Of a stretch of DNA of 53,921 nt, positions 1 to 5,854 are shown one piece after another. Positions within the stretch are counted from its first letter, which is position 1. Each line of letters starts with the position of its first letter. The position numbers and the translations under genes were made by a program. The notes under the pieces were generated by a model. It was given only the letters and a program-made list of their open reading frames with translations, was not told the DNA's origin and ran no database searches. Origin of the DNA: Candidatus Onthovivens merdipullorum (GTDB lineage: Bacteria > Bacillota_I > Bacilli_A > RFN20 > CAG-826); the NCBI GenBank assembly GCA_017694345.1, contig JADIMY010000013.1, positions 1-53,921 on the forward strand, in the 5' to 3' direction.

Positions 1-94
1 ATACTAACATTAAATGAAGTTAATATTTGTTTGTGAATTAATATAAAAATTGGTATTTATGTTTAAGTTTTTATTTTAAACATTTAATAATTTA

Positions 95-165
95 AAATGA
101 AGCCAAAAAAGAAGCTAAAAACATTAAATGAAGCCAAAAAAGAAGCTAGAAATGGAGCCAAAAAA
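95..165. repeat. Direct repeats AAATGAAGCCAAAAAAGAAGCTA, two copies plus a partial third (AAATGGAGCCAAAAAA), period about 31 bp
   Basis: Copies read at 95-117, 126-148 and 150-165. Confidence 0.7.
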
Positions 166-211
166 TATTTTTACCACTCTAGAAGATAGCATTTATAAAT
201 GAAAATATCTT

Positions 212-325
212 AGAAAAAGTCAATTTTTTCAAAAAAATTTATTTGGAAAAGTCAATTATTTTGAAAAATCTCTTGGAAAAAGTTAATTATTTTAATATAA
301 TTTATAGGGAAAAGTTAATTTTTAT
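212..325. repeat. Four degenerate direct repeats GGAAAAGTYAATTWTTTT spaced 30-33 bp, upstream of the ATPase gene (iteron-like or operator-like)
   Basis: Copies read at 212-229, 245-262, 275-293 and 307-324. Confidence 0.7.
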
Positions 326-354
326 ATTAAATATAGTTATATTAATGGTGGTTT

Positions 355-1686
355 ATGCTTAAAAGAAAAATTGAAGAAAAACTAAATAGATATTATAAAG
401 ATGATAATGCTCGTATTTTAGTAATTGAAGGAGCTAGGCAAATTGGCAAAACTTTTATTATTAGAAATACTGCAAAATCAAGATACAAAAATTATATCGA
501 AATCAATTTAAAAGTTGATTTCGATGGATTCAGAATGTTTGATAAAATAAATATAAGAAGTACAGAAGAATTTTATAATACAGTGATAGCTTATTGTCGA
601 AAAGATTTAGGTAATTTACACGATACAATCATATTTTTAGATGAAATACAAGTTTATCCTCATTTAATATCCTTATTAAAACCATTAAGGGACGAAAATA
701 AATATAAATTTATTTGTAGTGGTTCTTTACTTGGAGTCACAATGAACACACCTTCAACATTTATTCCAATGGGCTATATTGAAGAAGTTAAAATGTTTCC
801 TTTAGATTTTGAAGAATTTTTATGGGCTAACAATGTTTCGCAAATAATAATTAATGAATCCTATAATTGTTTTATTAATGTAAAACAAATTCCTTTAAGT
901 TACCACAATCTTTTAATGAAATATTTTAGAATGTATTTAATGTGTGGGGGACTTCCTGCGGCAGTAAATGATTTTCTATTAGGTAAATATATTAAGGTTG
1001 AAGAAACTTTAGAAGGTATATTTAATTACTATAAAATAGACGCATCACAATATGATAAAGAGCACAAATTAAAGATCATGAATATCTACGATTTATTGCC
1101 ATCTTATATGGAAAATAAAGTTAAAAGAATGAAAGTAAGTGATATTGAAAATAAAAAAAGAGATTTTAATTATTACTTAGATGAATTTAATTATCTTCTT
1201 GATTCAGGAATCGCTTTAGGAGTTAAAGCTGTTTCAAATCCTATTTTTCCTTTATTAACTTCAAAATCGAAGAATTTAATAAAACTATATTTTAACGATG
1301 TTGGTATTTTATCTCATATTTTATTAGGTAATAGGACTGTTGAACTTTTAAATGGTAATCTAAATATAAACTTAGGATCGATTTATGAAACTTTTGTTGC
1401 ACAAGAATTAAATAGCCATGGTTTTGATTTATACTATTTTGATTCAAAAAAAGTAGGGGAAGTTGATTTTTTAATTAATTACAACAAAATACTTAATGTT
1501 TTACCTATTGAAGTTAAATCGAATAATGCTAATTATAACTATCGATCAATTCCTAAATTAGTCGATAAAAATGGTAACTATAAGTTATCTATGGGATATA
1601 TATTTTCTAATGATTTTAATATAACTACTAATAATGACATTACTAAATACCCTATCTATATGGTTATGTGGTTAAAAAATAAATAG
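355..1686 (+). CDS. AAA+ ATPase of the AAA_14 / DUF4143 type
   Basis: Walker A motif GARQIGKT and Walker B-like IIFLDEIQ. The overall layout (N-terminal ATPase, C-terminal DUF4143-like region ending in EVDFL...EVKS) is typical of this family. Confidence 0.8.
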   Translation: MLKRKIEEKLNRYYKDDNARILVIEGARQIGKTFIIRNTAKSRYKNYIEINLKVDFDGFRMFDKINIRSTEEFYNTVIAYCRKDLGNLHDTIIFLDEIQVYPHLISLLKPLRDENKYKFICSGSLLGVTMNTPSTFIPMGYIEEVKMFPLDFEEFLWANNVSQIIINESYNCFINVKQIPLSYHNLLMKYFRMYLMCGGLPAAVNDFLLGKYIKVEETLEGIFNYYKIDASQYDKEHKLKIMNIYDLLPSYMENKVKRMKVSDIENKKRDFNYYLDEFNYLLDSGIALGVKAVSNPIFPLLTSKSKNLIKLYFNDVGILSHILLGNRTVELLNGNLNINLGSIYETFVAQELNSHGFDLYYFDSKKVGEVDFLINYNKILNVLPIEVKSNNANYNYRSIPKLVDKNGNYKLSMGYIFSNDFNITTNNDITKYPIYMVMWLKNK

Positions 1687-1796
1687 TTAATGCTAGTATT
1701 AGGAAGATAAAGGTTTTTAAGAAGATAGATTTTTTTAGTATTTTATAAATCTAATTTAGTGAAAGTAATAAAGCTTAAGTAACTTCTAATCTATAC

Positions 1797-2060
1797 TTAA
1801 AGATTATTAAGATAGTTAGCGACAATTTCTTCTAAATCTTTTTTAATCTTCTTAATTATATTAACATTATTATCTCGACCAACTAATGAATCTAAAGAGA
1901 TATTATAGTAATCAGCAATTTTTATGGCTTGAGATAATTTCATTTCATAGAATCCGTTTTCCCAATTAAAAACAGTTTGTTTACTAACTCCACAAATTTT
2001 AGCAATATCTTCTTGAGTTTCATTATGTAATTCTCGATAATACTTTAATTTAGTTGTCAT
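1797..2060 (-). CDS. XRE-family (Cro/CI-type) helix-turn-helix transcriptional regulator
   Basis: The N-terminus LKYYRELHNETQEDIAKICGVSKQTVFNWENG is a canonical HTH_3 motif. The protein is small (87 aa). Confidence 0.85.
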   Translation of the reverse strand: MTTKLKYYRELHNETQEDIAKICGVSKQTVFNWENGFYEMKLSQAIKIADYYNISLDSLVGRDNNVNIIKKIKKDLEEIVANYLNNL

Positions 2061-2110
2061 ATTATTTTTACCTCAAAATAATATTTAAGTGAAACTTGAC
2101 TGGATAATAT

Positions 2111-2186
2111 AAAAATTAAGGTGAGCTTATACTAAATAAATGAAAAATTAAGCTAGGCTTATATTTAAGTCAAGGTGAGTTTATAT
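2111..2186. promoter_or_regulatory. Three direct repeats in the divergent XRE / small-ORF intergenic region, candidate operators
   Basis: AAAAATTAAGGTGAGCTTATAC (2111-2132), AAAAATTAAGCTAGGCTTATAT (2143-2164, 18/22 identical) and CAAGGTGAGTTTATAT (2171-2186). ATATTTAAGT is also repeated at 2081 and 2161. Confidence 0.5.
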
Positions 2187-2225
2187 TGAGTATCTAGATA
2201 AATTAAAGTAATATTAAGTATATTT

Positions 2226-2474
2226 ATGATTAATAAAACTTATTTTAAAAAGAAATATGCTGATAAATATGGAGGATATAATCTTAAAAGTATAGTAAGT
2301 AAAAATGGACTATATTCTTATAGTTTTATTATTAAAAATAAAACTGTCAGCTTAATAAATGGATATAAATTTACGATTAGTAAAATAGATTTACTTAAAG
2401 AGTTAAATCAAAACAATATTAAAGTAGTTAAAAATAAAGATAACTATAAAGTATATTTAAAAGTTAGAGATTAA
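2226..2474 (+). CDS. Hypothetical small protein (82 aa), divergent from the XRE regulator
   Basis: ORF only. It is Lys/Asn-rich and no motif was recognised. Confidence 0.4.
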   Translation: MINKTYFKKKYADKYGGYNLKSIVSKNGLYSYSFIIKNKTVSLINGYKFTISKIDLLKELNQNNIKVVKNKDNYKVYLKVRD

Positions 2475-2481
2475 ATAGTAA

Positions 2482-3588
2482 CTATAAATATTTTTTAGCA
2501 TCACTAAGAGCTTTTTCGATTGTATCATCCATATCAAAATATTTATAGTTACCAAGTCGACCCCCAAAAATAACTTTCTTTTCTTTTTTAGCTAGTTCTA
2601 AATATTTATTATATAGTTCGTTATTTTTAGTGTCGTTAACTGGATAATATCTTTCTTTACCTAAAGTGTATTTTTCAGGATATTCAGTTGTAATTATAGT
2701 AGTAGAAGAATTAACTCCTTCAAAATATTTATGCTCAATAATTCTAGTATAAGGAACATCAATATCGGTGTAATTAATTACTGCATTATTTTGATAGTGT
2801 TCTTTGTCGATTTTTTTAGTTTCAAATCTTAAAGAGCGATATTCTAGTTCACCTAAAGAGTAATTAAAATATTCATCGATTGCTCCAGTATAAACGATTT
2901 GTTTAGCAATTTTTTTATAGTAATCTTTATTCTTTAAAAAGTCTTCATTTAGTTTAACATCAATTCCTTCGAGTAATTTATTGATTAATAAAGTATAGCC
3001 ACCAAGTGGTATACCTTGATAAGTATCGTTAAAATAGTTGTTATTAAATTCAAATCTTAAAGGAAGTCTTTTAATGATAAATGAAGGAAGTTTATTACAT
3101 GGTTTACCCCATTGTTTTTCTGTATAACCTTTAACTAAAGTTTCATAGATTGTTCTACCGACTAAACTTAAAGCTTGTTCTTCTAAATTATTTATTTCCT
3201 TGATATTTTCTTTTTTAATTTCTTCTTCAATTTTCTTTTTGGCTTCATTAGGATCCATTATTCCCCATAAATCAAAATAGGTATACATGTTAAAAGGCAT
3301 ATGGTAGTATTTTCCTTTATAAAAAGCTAAAGGAGAATTAATAAAGTCATTAAATGTAACTAAATTATTAACATAATCCCAAATTTCTTTATTTGAAGTG
3401 TGAAAGATATGGGCACCATATTTATGAACATTTATTCCATCTATTTCTTCAGTATAAATATTTCCTCCAACATGATTTCTTTTTTCGATTACTAACACCT
3501 TTTTATTTTTCTTTTTAGCTTCATGGGCAAATGTAGCTCCATACAATCCACTACCCGCGATTACATAATCATATTTTTTAGTAAACAT
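2482..3588 (-). CDS. glf: UDP-galactopyranose mutase
   Basis: The N-terminus YDYVIAGSGLYGATFAHEAKKKNKKVLVIEKRNHVGGNIYTEE...HKYGAHIFHT...SPLAFYKGKYYHMPFNM aligns closely with my recollection of E. coli Glf. The length (368 aa) fits. Confidence 0.95.
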   Translation of the reverse strand: MFTKKYDYVIAGSGLYGATFAHEAKKKNKKVLVIEKRNHVGGNIYTEEIDGINVHKYGAHIFHTSNKEIWDYVNNLVTFNDFINSPLAFYKGKYYHMPFNMYTYFDLWGIMDPNEAKKKIEEEIKKENIKEINNLEEQALSLVGRTIYETLVKGYTEKQWGKPCNKLPSFIIKRLPLRFEFNNNYFNDTYQGIPLGGYTLLINKLLEGIDVKLNEDFLKNKDYYKKIAKQIVYTGAIDEYFNYSLGELEYRSLRFETKKIDKEHYQNNAVINYTDIDVPYTRIIEHKYFEGVNSSTTIITTEYPEKYTLGKERYYPVNDTKNNELYNKYLELAKKEKKVIFGGRLGNYKYFDMDDTIEKALSDAKKYL

Positions 3589-3789
3589 ACAAATACCTCT
3601 TTTTATAAAAATAATTGAGTTTTGCAGGGTTTTTTACTTAAATTACAAGTTAATTTAAAAGTAACCATAAACAGAAATTATTTTTTATAAATTTATTTTA
3701 TCAAAACAAAAAGACTAAATCATTGATGAAATAATTATTTATTCAATAAATTTTTATTACATTAAACCAAAGTGTTGATATTTTTAAAA

Positions 3790-4410
3790 TCAATATCATC
3801 ACTAATTTGCTTGGAGTAATGGCATAAAATCTTTCTCGTAAGCTTGTCGTAGGATAAGATTAAATGACGGATTAATCGTTTCACTTCAGGATATTTCTCT
3901 CTTCCTCGCCTTGCTTTATATAAAATTAGGTGAATCAATTGAGATAATTATCTATGTACCTAAACTACACGCCTATAAATCGAGTGAAAAATCTAGATAG
4001 TCAAGCGAATAAAAAGTTTACTCTTTTCATTTTTTCTCTAAAATTTTCGTCTTTAATATCACATTTAATTCCATCATTGACTAATTCTAATTGTTTAATA
4101 AGCAGATTATGATTTTTGCCTTTATGTGAATTAAAGGTGATTTTTGTTCAATTATATTTTTGAATGCTTTATAGATTTTCCTTGCTGATGAATGACCATT
4201 TCCAATTCGCTTTAAAAAAATTTGCATATATTGATCTACTGCCACTGCAATACAAATTTGGTCTTTACTTAATCCTCTTTTTCTTGTTTCACCATCTTTA
4301 TATGAAATGCGTGGATCCTTAATGTAAAATTCATCTATCCAAACCCTTCCACGAAGTTTAACATTATTCGATATTTTGTCGACAGTATCATATATTTTTC
4401 TTCTCAAAGA
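3790..4410 (-). pseudogene. Degenerate IS1595-family (ISXO2-like DDE) transposase remnant with several frameshifts and stops
   Basis: ORF 4087-4407 encodes VWIDEFYIK...RKRGLSKDQICIAVAVD, a DDE-core-like segment. Downstream on the minus strand, other frames read NHNLLIKQLELVNDG..., VNFLFA and YIDNYLN.F, which match C-terminal IS1595 motifs but are broken by stops. Confidence 0.65.
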
Positions 4411-4496
4411 AATGTTTTTTGTTGACTGAAATTACAAATTTCAGAAAGTAATTCTAACTGAACATTGTCTACAATAAAACTAACAATAAAATAAAT

Positions 4497-4667
4497 TTAA
4501 TAATCCACCTCAGAAACGGTCACAGAGCAAGTGGCACTCTTGTCGCCAGGCTTGGCGGTGATTGTTGCAGTTCATTCTGCAACTATAGTGATGACACTAT
4601 TGAAAACTGTGGCTATCTTATCATTGGAAGTAGACCAAGTGAAAGTTTTTCTACTCCTAATAGAATA
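4497..4667 (-). pseudogene. Orphan C-terminal fragment of a Big_2 (bacterial Ig-like) domain protein, GC-richer than its surroundings, with an in-frame TGA
   Basis: The minus-strand translation is FTWSTSNDKIATVFNSVITIVAE*TATITAKPGDKSATCSVTVSEVDY-stop. The internal TGA is at 4572-4574, where Gly (GGA) is usual in Big_2. No start codon or upstream body is present. Confidence 0.55.
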
Positions 4668-4840
4668 AAAACAAAATTAAAAGATTTGTTTTAAATTTTT
4701 TATATAGATTATTCTCCTCCGTTTTTAAAACAAAAAAGCCATCTATATGATGTCCAGTTATCGAACAAAATTTAGATGGCTTATTAAAGTTATTATAGAT
4801 TTAATTCAGGGTAGAATATACATGTGATTTATTATCTAAT

Positions 4841-4867
4841 AAAAAACCTGAATAATTAAATTCAGGT
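4841..4867 (-). terminator. Intrinsic terminator downstream of the tRNA
   Basis: The minus strand reads ACCTGAAT-TTAATT-ATTCAGGT followed by TTTTTT. Confidence 0.6.
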
Positions 4868-4880
4868 ATAAGTTACTTAG

Positions 4881-4954
4881 TGGTGCCTCAACGCAGAATC
4901 GAACTACGAATAGATCCTTACCATGGATCCGTTATACCACTTAACTATTGAGGC
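4881..4954 (-). tRNA. tRNA-Thr, anticodon GGU, with encoded CCA
   Basis: The reverse complement is GCCTCAATAGTTAAGTGGTATAACGGATCCATGGTAAGGATCTATTCGTAGTTCGATTCTGCGTTGAGGCACCA. It folds as a cloverleaf: acceptor GCCTCAA/TTGAGGC, D stem GTTA/TAAC, anticodon stem GATCC/GGATC with loop ATGGTAA, and T arm CGTAG-TTCGATT-CTGCG. Confidence 0.85.
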
Positions 4955-5426
4955 GTAGCGTTTACGCCTCAATATATTAACATAAACTAGATTAAATGTG
5001 CAAAAGAAATTGATAAATTTTTTGTTTGTGATATGGTAATTGTAATTTCAATGATATATGAATTTGTTTAACAAGATGTCCCTTATGTTATCACTAAAAG
5101 TAAGTAATTAGGAAATACATAATAAATGAAGTGATAACCTAAAAGTAGGCACAGAAATCATTTTTTGTAGATATAGTTGTTCTATTAAAAGAACATATAG
5201 AATTAAATAAAGAAACACAAATGTCGGCAAAAAGAAATTTAAAAAAGATGTATATTAGACATAGAAGGTTATAAAAATAAACATATGAGTTATTATTTGT
5301 ATGCTGAAAGATTTGATATAGGAAAAAGAGTATTTTCAAAAGAAATAGATTCTTAAAAAGCAGCTTCAATATACCAACATTACTTTTAATGTTAAAAAAG
5401 TAATTTGACTTTTTTTAAAATATAAA

Positions 5427-5440
5427 TGTAAGCGCTTACA
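5427..5440 (+). promoter_or_regulatory. Perfect cre / LacI-family operator palindrome TGTAAGCGCTTACA
   Basis: The site matches the cre consensus TGWNANCGNTNWCA at every constrained position. It lies 32 nt upstream of the 5472 ORF and is followed by GCGCGTTTAT. Confidence 0.7.
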
Positions 5441-5471
5441 TTGCGCGTTTATATAGCCAAAAGGAGAATCT

Positions 5472-5804
5472 ATGAGGGGCAAAATATCAGTATTATTCAT
5501 ATCTATATTATTTAGCTCTTTTTCTTTAAATAGTATAAAAAATAAAACTGATAGAACTTATGACACTCAACATAATATCATTAAAGAAATAAGAATAGAT
5601 GAAAATAGTGATACTACTTTAAAGATAGCTTTAGAAGGTACAGTTTTATTAAAAAACGATTATAATGTTTTACCTTTAAAACCAACTGATGATATTGCTA
5701 TTACTAATTATAATGATGCTATTTTTGGTGGTGGAGTTATCATAGATATTTTAATAAGTTTAGGTTTATATTTCTTGTTTAAAAAGAAGAAAAATGTGAA
5801 GTAA
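5472..5804 (+). CDS. Small chimeric ORF: signal peptide, GH3-like internal segment and C-terminal TM helix. Likely a remnant of a GH3 glycosidase gene.
   Basis: ALEGTVLLKNDYNVLPLK...IAITNYNDAIFGGG resembles the conserved linker region of GH3 beta-glucosidases. No catalytic regions are present and the ORF is only 110 aa. Confidence 0.4.
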   Translation: MRGKISVLFISILFSSFSLNSIKNKTDRTYDTQHNIIKEIRIDENSDTTLKIALEGTVLLKNDYNVLPLKPTDDIAITNYNDAIFGGGVIIDILISLGLYFLFKKKKNVK

Positions 5805-5854
5805 TTCACATATAAAATAACAATTTCATTTATTTAAAAGAAAGGAGGTTATAA

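Noticed and set aside
97-189. 30-codon Lys-rich sORF (MKPKKKLKTLNEAKKEARNGAKKYFYHSRR)
   Set aside because: There is no RBS, and its sequence is just the translation of the direct repeats. It cannot be supported as a gene.
95-325. CRISPR array
   Set aside because: The repeats are short, degenerate and AT-rich. The spacers between them are only about 8-15 nt. No cas genes are present.
4950-4970. Hairpin GAGGCGTA-GCGTT-TACGCCTC overlapping the 5' end of tRNA-Thr, considered as an att-site duplicate of the tRNA end
   Set aside because: Only the 7-nt acceptor complement (TTGAGGC) is shared with the tRNA 3' end, which is too short to call an att repeat. It may simply be a pre-tRNA leader structure.
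5139-5369. 76-aa minus-strand ORF
   Set aside because: The product is low-complexity, Phe/Leu/Ile-rich translation of AT-rich intergenic DNA. There is no RBS and no recognisable motif.
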